In this document: piece after piece, positions 41,713-50,670 of the stretch | Position numbering within the stretch: the stretch's first letter is position 1 | Layout of the letters: every line of letters begins with the position of its first letter | Source: an uncultured Sphingosinicella sp. | GTDB taxonomy: Bacteria; Pseudomonadota; Alphaproteobacteria; Sphingomonadales; Sphingomonadaceae | Length of the DNA: 64,000 bases | Reading direction: 5' to 3' | Assembly: GCA_966193865.1 (NCBI GenBank) | Contig: CBIGXQ010000001.1 | Coordinates: forward strand, 3,761 to 67,760 | The notes under the pieces: model-generated | Database searches by the model: none | Told to the model about the DNA's origin: nothing | The model's input: the letters and a program-made list of their open reading frames with translations, nothing else | Translations under genes and position numbers: made by a program

Positions 41713-42783
41713 TCAGGCGTCGTCCTCTTCGGAGGGGCCCGCCATCAACACTTCGCCGACCTCGTCGGTCTTGCCTCGGATCGACTTTTCGATCCGTGCC
41801 GCCATTTCAGGATTTTCAAGCAGATAGGATTTGGCGTTTTCACGCCCCTGGCCGATGCGGATCGAATCATAGCTGAACCAGGCGCCAGATTTCTCGACCA
41901 GGCCGGCCTTGACCCCGAGATCGAGCACCTCGCCCACCTTGGACACGCCTTCGCCATACATGATGTCGAACTCGACCTGCTTGAACGGCGGCGCCAGCTT
42001 GTTCTTGACCACCTTCACCCGGGTCGTGTTGCCGACGATGTCGTCGCGATCCTTGATCTGCCCGGTTCGGCGGATGTCGAGCCGGACGGAAGCGTAGAAT
42101 TTGAGCGCGTTGCCGCCCGTCGTCGTCTCGGGATTTCCGTACATGACGCCGATCTTCATCCGCACCTGGTTGATGAAGATGACGAGGCAGCGCGACTTGG
42201 AGATCGAACCGGTGAGCTTGCGCAACGCCTGGCTCATCAGCCGCGCCTGGAGGCCGACATGGCTGTCGCCCATCTCTCCCTCGATCTCGGCGCGCGGTAC
42301 CAGGGCCGCGACCGAATCGATCACCAGCACGTCGATCGCGTTCGATCGCACGAGGGTGTCAGTGATCTCGAGCGCCTGTTCGCCCGTGTCGGGCTGCGAG
42401 ACGATGAGATTCTCGACGTCGACCCCCAGCTTCTTGGCGTAGATCGGATCGAGCGCATGCTCGGCGTCGACGAATGCGGCGACGCCGCCCGCCTTCTGGG
42501 CTTCGGCGACGGCATGCAGAGCGAGCGTCGTCTTGCCCGAGCTTTCCGGCCCGTAAATCTCGACGATCCGGCCCCGCGGCAGGCCACCGATCCCGAGCGC
42601 GATGTCGAGACCCAGCGATCCGGTCGAAATGGTCTCGATCTCGATCGCCTCGCGCGATCCGAGGCGCATCGCGCTCCCCTTGCCGAAGGCGCGGTCGATC
42701 TGCGCGAGCGCCGCGTCGAGGGCTTTCTGCTTGTCCATGTCGAGAACGGTCCTGTCGGATACGACTTTGAGTGGCGCCACCAT
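41713..42783 (-). CDS. recA: Recombinase A
   Basis: [27 protein letters not shown] and GGNALKFY motifs. Confidence 0.99.
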   Translation of the reverse strand: MVAPLKVVSDRTVLDMDKQKALDAALAQIDRAFGKGSAMRLGSREAIEIETISTGSLGLDIALGIGGLPRGRIVEIYGPESSGKTTLALHAVAEAQKAGGVAAFVDAEHALDPIYAKKLGVDVENLIVSQPDTGEQALEITDTLVRSNAIDVLVIDSVAALVPRAEIEGEMGDSHVGLQARLMSQALRKLTGSISKSRCLVIFINQVRMKIGVMYGNPETTTGGNALKFYASVRLDIRRTGQIKDRDDIVGNTTRVKVVKNKLAPPFKQVEFDIMYGEGVSKVGEVLDLGVKAGLVEKSGAWFSYDSIRIGQGRENAKSYLLENPEMAARIEKSIRGKTDEVGEVLMAGPSEEDDA

Positions 42784-42833
42784 GGCTGGTCTCTCCCCTA
42801 TTGCGTCCGCCGGTGCGGTTCAATGGACAAGAC

Positions 42834-42868
42834 GTACCGCATCTGTTCCGCCGGAACAAGTAGGAAAC
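42834..42868 (-). promoter_or_regulatory. Two LexA boxes over the recA promoter
   Basis: Minus-strand GAAC-N7-GTAC (plus-strand 42834-42848) and GTTT-N7-GTTC (42854-42868) overlap TTGTTC-N17-TACGTC. Confidence 0.8.
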
Positions 42869-42923
42869 ATTAGCATTGAGAAACGAAATGAGGTGCGCCG
42901 CGGCCGACCAGGGCGACCCCTTT

Positions 42924-43733
42924 TCAATCGGCGACCCGCAACCGTCCCGCGGCTTCATCGAGAGCAATGCGAAAGGCGCTTCGTTCATAGATGTCGTTAT
43001 GGCTGGCGCCCGCGATCGTCCGGTCGAAGACCAGGCGGGGCACGATCCGGGCCAGTGCCCTCGTCCGCTCCGGGCGAATGAGCCGATCTTCTCCCGCCGC
43101 GATGATCGCCACCGGGACCGAAGTGGCCCGAAGATCCTGCGCAGGTTCCATCTGATGGCGGAAGAGCCATCGCACCGGAAGCCAGGGATAATGATCGCGG
43201 GCGACGTCGGCGAGAGAATCGAACGGCGTGACGAGGATGAGGCCGTCGATCGGGCGGCGCGAAGCGAGATGGGAGGCCACGCCGCTTCCGATGCTGAAAC
43301 CGACGGCAAGGATTCGACGCGCGCTTAGTCGCTGCCGAACCCAATCGTGGATCGCCAGCGCATCTTCCTGGAGGGCGCTGGCGCTCGGGCTTCCACCGCT
43401 CGGCGCATAGCCGCGGTAATGGAAGGTGACGACGTCCGCTTCGGGGAATTGCTCGTGGAGGAAAGCCGCGGCGCTTTCGGCATTCCAGGCATTGCCGCCG
43501 AAACCGAGGATCAGCAGAGGCTCGGCGCCGCGATCGACCGCCGGGACATGGACTCCGTGGAGGCTATGGCCGGTCTGGCTCTCGATCGTCAGCCGCTGCC
43601 ATCTGTCCGGCATCGGGGCCGCGAGCGGAACCGAGCGGGACGGGAAGAGCAGGCTGGTCTGGGCGAAGAAGACGAAGGCGAGGATCAGCGCATAAAAGAT
43701 CAGCGGCGAAAGCAGGAATGCCCAAAGCCACAT
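42924..43733 (-). CDS. Membrane-anchored alpha/beta hydrolase (ABHD13/Bem46-like)
   Basis: N-terminal TM plus QTSLLF, FGGNA, YRGY, nucleophile GFSIG, D...H (GEDRLI, GASHND). Confidence 0.85.
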   Translation of the reverse strand: MWLWAFLLSPLIFYALILAFVFFAQTSLLFPSRSVPLAAPMPDRWQRLTIESQTGHSLHGVHVPAVDRGAEPLLILGFGGNAWNAESAAAFLHEQFPEADVVTFHYRGYAPSGGSPSASALQEDALAIHDWVRQRLSARRILAVGFSIGSGVASHLASRRPIDGLILVTPFDSLADVARDHYPWLPVRWLFRHQMEPAQDLRATSVPVAIIAAGEDRLIRPERTRALARIVPRLVFDRTIAGASHNDIYERSAFRIALDEAAGRLRVAD

Positions 43734-43765
43734 TCGGAACTTCCGAATCGGCTCCGCTGGCCCGG

Positions 43766-44125
43766 TCAGGCGGCGCAGGCCTGATCCAATGCCGGTTCGA
43801 TCGCGTCGATCGTGTAAGGCTTGGACAGGACCGGTGCACTGGCATGCTGGGGCGGCGGCGGCTCGACATGGCCGCCGGTAGCGAGGACGAACGGCTTGCC
43901 GGCCTCGCTCAGCCGGTCCGCCACCGGCCAGACTTGTTTGCCGTCCTTCAGCTGGACGTCGATGATGGCGACGTCGAAGCCGCCGGCATCGACCTTTTCC
44001 AGGGCCTCCTCCACCGACTCGCAGGTCGCCACGACAACATGGCCGAGGGACTCGAGGAAATCTTCGAGCATCATCGCGATCAAAGGTTCATCTTCGACGA
44101 TCAGGATCGACCGGGAGGCTTGCAT
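43766..44125 (-). CDS. Single-domain response regulator, FAT GUY (SdrG/MrrA-like) family
   Basis: ILIVEDEPLIAMMLED, AIIDV phospho-acceptor, PFVLATGG (PFxFATG[G/Y]-like), LSKPY; ATG 44125. Confidence 0.8.
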   Translation of the reverse strand: MQASRSILIVEDEPLIAMMLEDFLESLGHVVVATCESVEEALEKVDAGGFDVAIIDVQLKDGKQVWPVADRLSEAGKPFVLATGGHVEPPPPQHASAPVLSKPYTIDAIEPALDQACAA

Positions 44126-44163
44126 TGGTCCCCGCTTAACGTGCGTAGCGCAAAGGAAAAGGT

Positions 44164-46545
44164 CTATTTCGCCGCAAGTACGCCGCGGACCGTCTCGGCG
44201 AGCGACTGGACCGAGAAGGGCTTGGCGAGGAATGAGACATTGGGAATGTCGATCGACTTCCTCAATTGTTCCTCGGCATAGCCGGAGATGAACAATATCG
44301 GCAGGTCGGGGTGCGACTTGCGAGCGGCGCGGACTGTCGTCGGCCCATCCATGGTCGGCATGACGACGTCCGAGATCATCAGGTCGATCTTCTCCTCGCG
44401 ACCGAGTATTTCGAGAGCTTCCTCGCCATTTTCCGCGCTGAGCACCGTGTAACCATGGCGAGTGAGCGCCCGCTCGGCCACCGCCCGAACCATATGTTCG
44501 TCCTCGACCAGGAGGATGGTGCCGCTGCCCCATAATTCGCCGGCTTTTTCCTTGCCCCTGGACTTGGCCGGAGCCTCTCCCTGCGGCGCTCGATGTACCG
44601 GAAGATAGATGGTGAAGGTCGTCCCCTTGCGGACCACCGAATCGGCGAAGATGAAGCCGCCCGACTGCTTGACGATGCCGTAGACGGTCGAAAGGCCGAG
44701 GCCTGTCCCCTTCCCCACCTCCTTCGTGGTGAAGAAAGGCTCGAAGATCTTGCCGATGATGTGGGACGGGATTCCGGTGCCGGTGTCGCTCACCTTGAGC
44801 GCGGTATAGTCGCCGATCGGAAGGATGTCGGTTCCCATCCGGCGGACCTCGTCCGCGGAAACCGGATAGGTCTGGAGGGTCAGGATGCCGACCCCATCGG
44901 GGTCCTTGGCGAGCATCGCGTCTCGGGCATTGACGGCGAGATTGACGATCACCTGCTCGAGCTGGCCGGGATCGGCGCGAACCGCTCCGAGGCCGCGGCC
45001 ATGCTTGACCTGAAGCTTCACCCGCTCGCCGAGCAGCCGGGTGAGAAGGTGCGAGACCTCGGCCACGACATCGGGGAGCTGGAGCACCTGCGGGCGAAGC
45101 GTCTGCTGCCTCGAAAAGGCGAGCAGCTGCCGGGTCAGGCTTGCCGCCCGGTTCGAATTGGAACGGATCTGCTGGATGTCGTCATAGTCGCTGTCGCCGG
45201 GCGTGTGGCGCATCAGCATGAGGTCGCAAGTGCCCAATATCGCGGTGAGGATATTGTTGAAATCGTGCGCGACTCCGCCGGCAAGCTGTCCGACCGCCTG
45301 CATCTTCGTCGCCTGGGCGATCTCGCGCTTGAGCCTCGCTTCCTCGCTATTGTCCTTGAGGCTGAGGAGGACGGCGGCGCTGCCGAGGCCACGCGCGCCG
45401 GCGACCGTCATCGCCACCGGCTCTTCGGGGTTGGTCTTGAGCCGTACCGCCAGGTCGCCCGAAAGGGCACGTCCACGCGCGAAGCGCCTGACGGCGTCGG
45501 AAACGGCCGCCTTGTCCTCGTCGACGACGAGATCGCCTGGCCAGGACGGTCGTTCCTGAGGAGTCAGGCCGACGGTCCGGCGGAACACCTTGTTGAGGAA
45601 GGTGAACCGCCCATCCGTGTCCGCCAGAGCGAGGCCGAGCGGCAGGATGTCGAGCAAGGCGTGAATATGGGCATTCTCGTCTTCGCCGATGCCGGCGCCG
45701 GGCAGGTCGTCGAGCATCAGGAAGACCGAGGCCTCGTCGCCGTCGCCACCCGCAGGCACCTGGATGATCCGAAGCGGCGGCCCTTCCTTGCCCTCGGCGA
45801 TGAAGGAGAAATGGCCGGCTTCCGAGGCGATAAGGAGGTCGGCAAGTCCGGTGCCTTCGAGACCATATGGCTCGTCCCCGGCAGCGCGATGGACGAAGGC
45901 GGAGTTGGCCGAGAGGATCCGTCCATCCCGACCGGTGACGACGGCCATCAGTCCGGCCTCGCTCAGTCGCTTCCCGCCCTCACCCGCGATCAGCCGTTTC
46001 GCCTCCGCTCCCAGATCGGCGCCATCGGCTCGGCTGAGGCGCCACAGCAGATGTTCGCTCGTTCCCGTAGAGCGGACCTGAGCCCTCAGCCTGTACGCGC
46101 CGATCGCCACCTGCTCGGCCCGTCCGACGCCCTGCCGCCGCGCCCCGCGCGCGGCCTCCCGCAAGGGCCCCGCCGACTCCGGATCCTCGGTCAGCTCGCG
46201 CGGCGACGTGGCGGCGCCGAACCATTCGCCCCAGACGCCGTTCGCGCAGAGCAGGTTGCCCTCATGATCGGTCACCGCCAGAGCCGCCGAATCTCCCGCC
46301 GAGTCCAGGGCGGCGCGAAGAACCGACATGTCGGTCGACTCGTCCGGCGCGAGCTCCTGGATTGCGGCGGCAGGCCTTTTGCCGACGAGCAGGAGAAGTC
46401 CGCCCGTGCCGATCAGTCCGGCGAGGAAGACGAGAGCGAAGTTCGGATCGCGAACGGTCCAGAGCAAAAGCGCCGCGGACACCAGAGCCGCTCCGCCGAA
46501 AAGGACGAGATCGGCGGTTCGCCGGGAAACCGCAGCCGCGCTCAC
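44164..46545 (-). CDS. cckA: Hybrid sensor histidine kinase CckA
   Basis: Two N-terminal TMs, PAS-like region, QAVGQLAGGVAHDFNN, NLAVNARDAM, FEPFFTTKEVGKGTGLGLST, C-terminal receiver; close to recA as is usual in Alphaproteobacteria. Confidence 0.9.
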   Translation of the reverse strand: MSAAAVSRRTADLVLFGGAALVSAALLLWTVRDPNFALVFLAGLIGTGGLLLLVGKRPAAAIQELAPDESTDMSVLRAALDSAGDSAALAVTDHEGNLLCANGVWGEWFGAATSPRELTEDPESAGPLREAARGARRQGVGRAEQVAIGAYRLRAQVRSTGTSEHLLWRLSRADGADLGAEAKRLIAGEGGKRLSEAGLMAVVTGRDGRILSANSAFVHRAAGDEPYGLEGTGLADLLIASEAGHFSFIAEGKEGPPLRIIQVPAGGDGDEASVFLMLDDLPGAGIGEDENAHIHALLDILPLGLALADTDGRFTFLNKVFRRTVGLTPQERPSWPGDLVVDEDKAAVSDAVRRFARGRALSGDLAVRLKTNPEEPVAMTVAGARGLGSAAVLLSLKDNSEEARLKREIAQATKMQAVGQLAGGVAHDFNNILTAILGTCDLMLMRHTPGDSDYDDIQQIRSNSNRAASLTRQLLAFSRQQTLRPQVLQLPDVVAEVSHLLTRLLGERVKLQVKHGRGLGAVRADPGQLEQVIVNLAVNARDAMLAKDPDGVGILTLQTYPVSADEVRRMGTDILPIGDYTALKVSDTGTGIPSHIIGKIFEPFFTTKEVGKGTGLGLSTVYGIVKQSGGFIFADSVVRKGTTFTIYLPVHRAPQGEAPAKSRGKEKAGELWGSGTILLVEDEHMVRAVAERALTRHGYTVLSAENGEEALEILGREEKIDLMISDVVMPTMDGPTTVRAARKSHPDLPILFISGYAEEQLRKSIDIPNVSFLAKPFSVQSLAETVRGVLAAK

Positions 46546-46553
46546 GCCTGGGC

Positions 46554-48602
46554 TTACCAGATCCGTACCCGCCGCTCCGGCGGCAGGTACAAAGTGTCGT
46601 CCGCGGTCACTTCATAGGCGCCGTACCAGGGATCGAGGTTGCGGACGACGGCGACCCGCTGCTCCGAGGGTGAATGCGGATCGGTCAGCAGCCGCTGCAG
46701 CAAATTGGCCTCGCGATATTTCCGCCGCCAGATCTGCGCCCAGCCCAGGTAGAAACGCTCATCGCCGCTGAAGCCGGCGAGGACCGGCGCCGGGCTGCCA
46801 CCGAGGCTGAGCCGGTAGGCGTCGTAGGCAACGGTCAGGCCCGCAAGATCGGCGATATTCTCGCCGAGCGTCAGCTGGCCCTGAACGCGATGGCCGGGCA
46901 GCGGCTCGTACAGGTCATATTGGGCGACGAGCTGGGCGGTGAGGGCATTGAAGCGCTCGCGGTCCTGGGGCGTCCACCATTCGTTTAGCGCTCCGCTCTG
47001 ATCGTACTTGCTGCCCTGATCGTCGAAATGGTGGCTGATCTCGTGCCCGATGACCGCGCCGATGCCGCCATAATTGATCGCGTCGTCGGCATTGGGATCG
47101 AAGAAGGGCGGCTGGAGGATCGCCGCCGGAAACACGATCTCGTTCCAGCTGGTGTAAGCGTAGGCGTTGATCTGCATCGGAGTCATGAACCATTCGGTTC
47201 GGTCGACAGGCTCGCCGAGCTTGTCGAGCTGCCGTTGATATTCGAACCTCGTCGCGTTGGCGATGTTCTGGATCAGATTGTCGCGGCTCACCGCGACGCT
47301 CGAATAATCGCGCCAGCTGTCCGGATAGCCGATCTTGGGCGTGAACGCGGCGAGCTTGGCCCGCGCCCTCGTCCGGGTCTCCGGCGCCATCCAGCTCAGA
47401 TTGGCGAGCCGCTGATCCATCGCCGCGATGAGATTGCCGACCAGCCGGTCCGCAGCCGCCTTGGCTTCGGGCGGGAAATGCCTTGCGACATAGATCCGGC
47501 TGATATCGTCGGGAATCATCAGGGTGACGAGGCTGACGCCCCGCTTCCAGCGCGGCTCGTTCTCGGGCGTTCCGTTGAGGACGGTTCCGCGGAAGGCGAA
47601 ATGGGTGTCGACGAACTGGCTCGAGAGATAGGGCGCGTAGGAATCCAGAGCACGCAAAAGCAGATAGTCCTTGAGGACCGGGAGCGGCGTTTCGGCGATG
47701 ATCCGCGCGCTTCCGGTGAAAGCGCTCGGCTGGGACACCAGCACGTTCGCCTGGTCGGCGATCCCGACTTCCTGGAAGAAGCGGCTCCAGTCGAACCCAG
47801 GCGCTTCCGAGGCGAGCTGGGTCAGCGACCTCTTATTGTAGGTCTTCTCGTCGTCGCGGCTGTCGACCCGGGTCCAATGGACGTCGGCAATCCGGGATTC
47901 GAGGGCAAGGACGGCGGCCGCCCGCTCGGCGGCGCCCGATTCCCCGGCGAGGGTGAGAAGCCGGCCGAGATAGTCGCGATAGGCATTGCGCTTCTCGACC
48001 AAAGAGGGATCGTCGCGAAGGTAATAATCGCGGTCGGGCAGGCCGAGCCCGGACTGGGTCAGCCTCATGATCATCTCGGTCGGGATTCGGTCGTCAGTGG
48101 CGACATAGCCGCCGAACGGCCCGGTAATGCCCTGCCGGAACAGCTGTCCGAGCTCCGTCGCCCAGGCCTCGCGGCTGCCGATCCCCTCGATCTCCTCGAT
48201 CAGCGGGCGGATCGGAGCAAGGCCGGCCGCGTTGACCGCGGCTTCGTCCATGAAGCTGACATAGAAGGCGCCGATCCGGCTGTCGGGCGCGGCTTCCTCG
48301 AGGATCGCCCGGCTACGCTGCTTCGACAGATCGTCCAGCAAGGTGAACATGCCGTAATTGGAACGGTCGGCGGGGATCTCTGTGACCCGCTCCCATTCGC
48401 CATTCGCGAAGCGGTAGAAATTGTCGCCGGGGTCGACGCTGCGGTCCATTCCGACCAGGTCGAAGCCGAAGGCCCCGATCTGGGGCTGAACCGCGGCTTC
48501 GGTGACGACGGCCTCACTCGCCTCGGGCGTTTCGGCGACCTCGGTGGTTGTGCAGGCGGCGATCGCCGTGGACGCCGCCAGAAGACAGAGAATGTTGCGC
48601 AT
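46554..48602 (-). CDS. M13 family (neprilysin/PepO-like) zinc metallopeptidase, lipoprotein
   Basis: Lipobox IAAC; NAY, GHEISHHFD and GENIAD motifs; ATG 48602. Confidence 0.92.
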   Translation of the reverse strand: MRNILCLLAASTAIAACTTTEVAETPEASEAVVTEAAVQPQIGAFGFDLVGMDRSVDPGDNFYRFANGEWERVTEIPADRSNYGMFTLLDDLSKQRSRAILEEAAPDSRIGAFYVSFMDEAAVNAAGLAPIRPLIEEIEGIGSREAWATELGQLFRQGITGPFGGYVATDDRIPTEMIMRLTQSGLGLPDRDYYLRDDPSLVEKRNAYRDYLGRLLTLAGESGAAERAAAVLALESRIADVHWTRVDSRDDEKTYNKRSLTQLASEAPGFDWSRFFQEVGIADQANVLVSQPSAFTGSARIIAETPLPVLKDYLLLRALDSYAPYLSSQFVDTHFAFRGTVLNGTPENEPRWKRGVSLVTLMIPDDISRIYVARHFPPEAKAAADRLVGNLIAAMDQRLANLSWMAPETRTRARAKLAAFTPKIGYPDSWRDYSSVAVSRDNLIQNIANATRFEYQRQLDKLGEPVDRTEWFMTPMQINAYAYTSWNEIVFPAAILQPPFFDPNADDAINYGGIGAVIGHEISHHFDDQGSKYDQSGALNEWWTPQDRERFNALTAQLVAQYDLYEPLPGHRVQGQLTLGENIADLAGLTVAYDAYRLSLGGSPAPVLAGFSGDERFYLGWAQIWRRKYREANLLQRLLTDPHSPSEQRVAVVRNLDPWYGAYEVTADDTLYLPPERRVRIW

Positions 48603-48652
48603 CTTCTTCCTCGGTTCAGGAGCCGTTCGGCCGATATAGCCGGGTGACTCGT

Positions 48653-49219
48653 TCAATCAATCGAAGGACCGGAGCTTCGCGACGCCCGCCGGCGCCACTT
48701 GCGCCCGGTCCACCAGCGCCACACGAAGATGGCGAGCAGATAGCCGATCCCGCCCATCGCCAGGGCGATGATGAAAAGACCCGAGATCATCGCCGGCGCA
48801 GCGTCGGAAGCGAGCCAGGCGACCCATTCGCTGATCGGCGCGCTCCTGTAATAAAGGTCGGTAATCGCCGCCTTGTCGGCATGGAAGCCGAACAGATTGC
48901 CGACCGGGATCGAGGCGACGATCAGGAACGGGGTCGTGAAGGGATTGGTCAGGAAGGTCATCGCCGCGGCGATCGGGATGTTCGCCCGCGCCGGCACCGA
49001 GAAGAGGGCGGCGGCAATGATCTGAACGCCCGGGATGAGGAAGAAGACGCCGACGAACAGGCCGACTCCGACACCGCGCGGCACCGAGCGCCGGGTGAAG
49101 CGCCAGAACTCGCTGTGAAGGATTCGCTGGCCGAACGGCTTGACCCAGCGGCTCTTGGCGAGCTGCTCCCGCTTCGGCATGTTGTTCGCCAACCATCGCC
49201 CGAGCATGTTGTCAGCCAT
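48653..49219 (-). CDS. DUF2062-family membrane protein
   Basis: [14 protein letters not shown] and TNPFT motifs; usual position after smpB. Confidence 0.75.
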   Translation of the reverse strand: MADNMLGRWLANNMPKREQLAKSRWVKPFGQRILHSEFWRFTRRSVPRGVGVGLFVGVFFLIPGVQIIAAALFSVPARANIPIAAAMTFLTNPFTTPFLIVASIPVGNLFGFHADKAAITDLYYRSAPISEWVAWLASDAAPAMISGLFIIALAMGGIGYLLAIFVWRWWTGRKWRRRASRSSGPSID

Positions 49220-49694
49220 GCTGCCTCAACAGCCGACCCTGTTCGCGCTTCCAGTCCTTCTCCTTCTCATGCTCGCGCTTGTCGTGGGCCTTTCGTCCGC
49301 GCGCCAGCGCCAGCTCCACTTTCGCCCGCCCCTGCGCGTTGAAATAGATGGACAAGGGCACGAGCGTCATTCCCTGGCGGGCCACCGCGCCGAAGAATTT
49401 GTTGATCTCGCGGGCGTTGAGGAGAAGCTTCCGAGGCCGCTTCGGCTCGTGATTGAAGCGATTGCCATGGCTGAATTCGGGGATGTTGGAATTGACCAGG
49501 ACGACTTCTCCATCCTTCACTTCGGCATAGGCCTCGGCGATCGAGCCCTCGCCGAAGCGAAGGCTCTTCACCTCGGTCCCGGTGAGGACGATTCCGGCCT
49601 CGAACACTTCGTCGATCGCATAGTCGAACCGCGCGCGCCGGTTCTCGGCGACGACTTTCTTCTTGTCGAACGTGGGACGGCGCGGGCGAACCAT
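49212..49694 (-). CDS. smpB: SsrA-binding protein
   Basis: [28 protein letters not shown] and GRKAHDKRE motifs; ATG 49694. Confidence 0.97.
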   Translation of the reverse strand: MVRPRRPTFDKKKVVAENRRARFDYAIDEVFEAGIVLTGTEVKSLRFGEGSIAEAYAEVKDGEVVLVNSNIPEFSHGNRFNHEPKRPRKLLLNAREINKFFGAVARQGMTLVPLSIYFNAQGRAKVELALARGRKAHDKREHEKEKDWKREQGRLLRQHG

Positions 49695-50569
49695 CAGATC
49701 AGGCCGGCATGCGCGAGCGCTGAATCGACGGCCCGTCGGCTCGCTTCGGACGGAGCGGTCATCGGCAGGCGAAGGTCTGGGGGGAAATCGGGACGGACAC
49801 GGCTGAGCGCATATTTGACCGGCCCGGGTGACGCATCGCTGAACAAGGCGGCGTGAAGCGGGAAAAGCCGGTCCTGCAGCTCGAGCGCACGGGCATGATC
49901 GCCGGACAGGCACGTCTCCTGGAAGTGGGCGCACAATCCCGGCGCGACGTTGGCGGTGACCGAGATGCAGCCGCTGCCGCCCATGGCGCTGAATCCAAGC
50001 GCCATGTCGTCATTGCCGGAAAGCTGGATGAAGCCGGCGCCGCAGGCGGCGCGCTGAGCCGAGACACGGGCCAGATTGCCGGTGGCGTCCTTTACGGCGA
50101 CGATGTTGGCGAGCTCGCTCAGTCGGCCCATCGTCTCGACCGCGATGTCGGTGACCGTTCGGGCCGGCACGTTGTAGAGGATGATCGGCAAATCGACGGC
50201 GTCGGCGATGGCGGCGAAATGGGCGTAGACGCCTTCCTGATTCGGCCGGTTGTAATAAGGCGGCACGTGGAGGACGGCGTCTGCGCCCACCTCCTTGGCG
50301 GATCGGCTGAGGGCGATGGCGTGGGCAGTGGCGTTGGATCCGCAGCCGGCGATGACCGGCACCCGGCCGGCGGCGGCCGAAACACAGGCGTCAATGACCC
50401 GGCGATGCTCGGAAGAATCGAGAGTCGCTGATTCGCCGGTTGTACCGCAGGGTACAAGTCCATGACTCCCTTCGCTAATTTGCCATTCGACGAAGGCCCG
50501 ATAATCGTCCTCGGCGAACGCTTCGTCGCGAAATGGGGTCACCAGAGCCGGGATCGACCCTCTGAACAT
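49694..50569 (-). CDS. dapA: 4-hydroxy-tetrahydrodipicolinate synthase
   Basis: [27 protein letters not shown] and VKDATG motifs; ATG 50569. Confidence 0.96.
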   Translation of the reverse strand: MFRGSIPALVTPFRDEAFAEDDYRAFVEWQISEGSHGLVPCGTTGESATLDSSEHRRVIDACVSAAAGRVPVIAGCGSNATAHAIALSRSAKEVGADAVLHVPPYYNRPNQEGVYAHFAAIADAVDLPIILYNVPARTVTDIAVETMGRLSELANIVAVKDATGNLARVSAQRAACGAGFIQLSGNDDMALGFSAMGGSGCISVTANVAPGLCAHFQETCLSGDHARALELQDRLFPLHAALFSDASPGPVKYALSRVRPDFPPDLRLPMTAPSEASRRAVDSALAHAGLI

Positions 50570-50670
50570 GATAGCCTCCTTCACCTCGCGGCGACGCATG
50601 GCATAGGGCATGCGGGGCATCCGAGGGATGTTCAGGGTCTGATAAGGAGAGGGGCGTCATTCTGTCCAGC

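Noticed and set aside
44126-44165. Possible EcfG (GGAAC-N16/17-CGTT) promoter before the FAT GUY regulator
   Set aside because: CGTT is present on the minus strand, but the -35 (AGACC) and spacing match poorly.
50628-50645. GTTC-N7-GATA upstream of slt/dapA as a LexA box
   Set aside because: Two mismatches in the second half-site; not distinguishable from chance.
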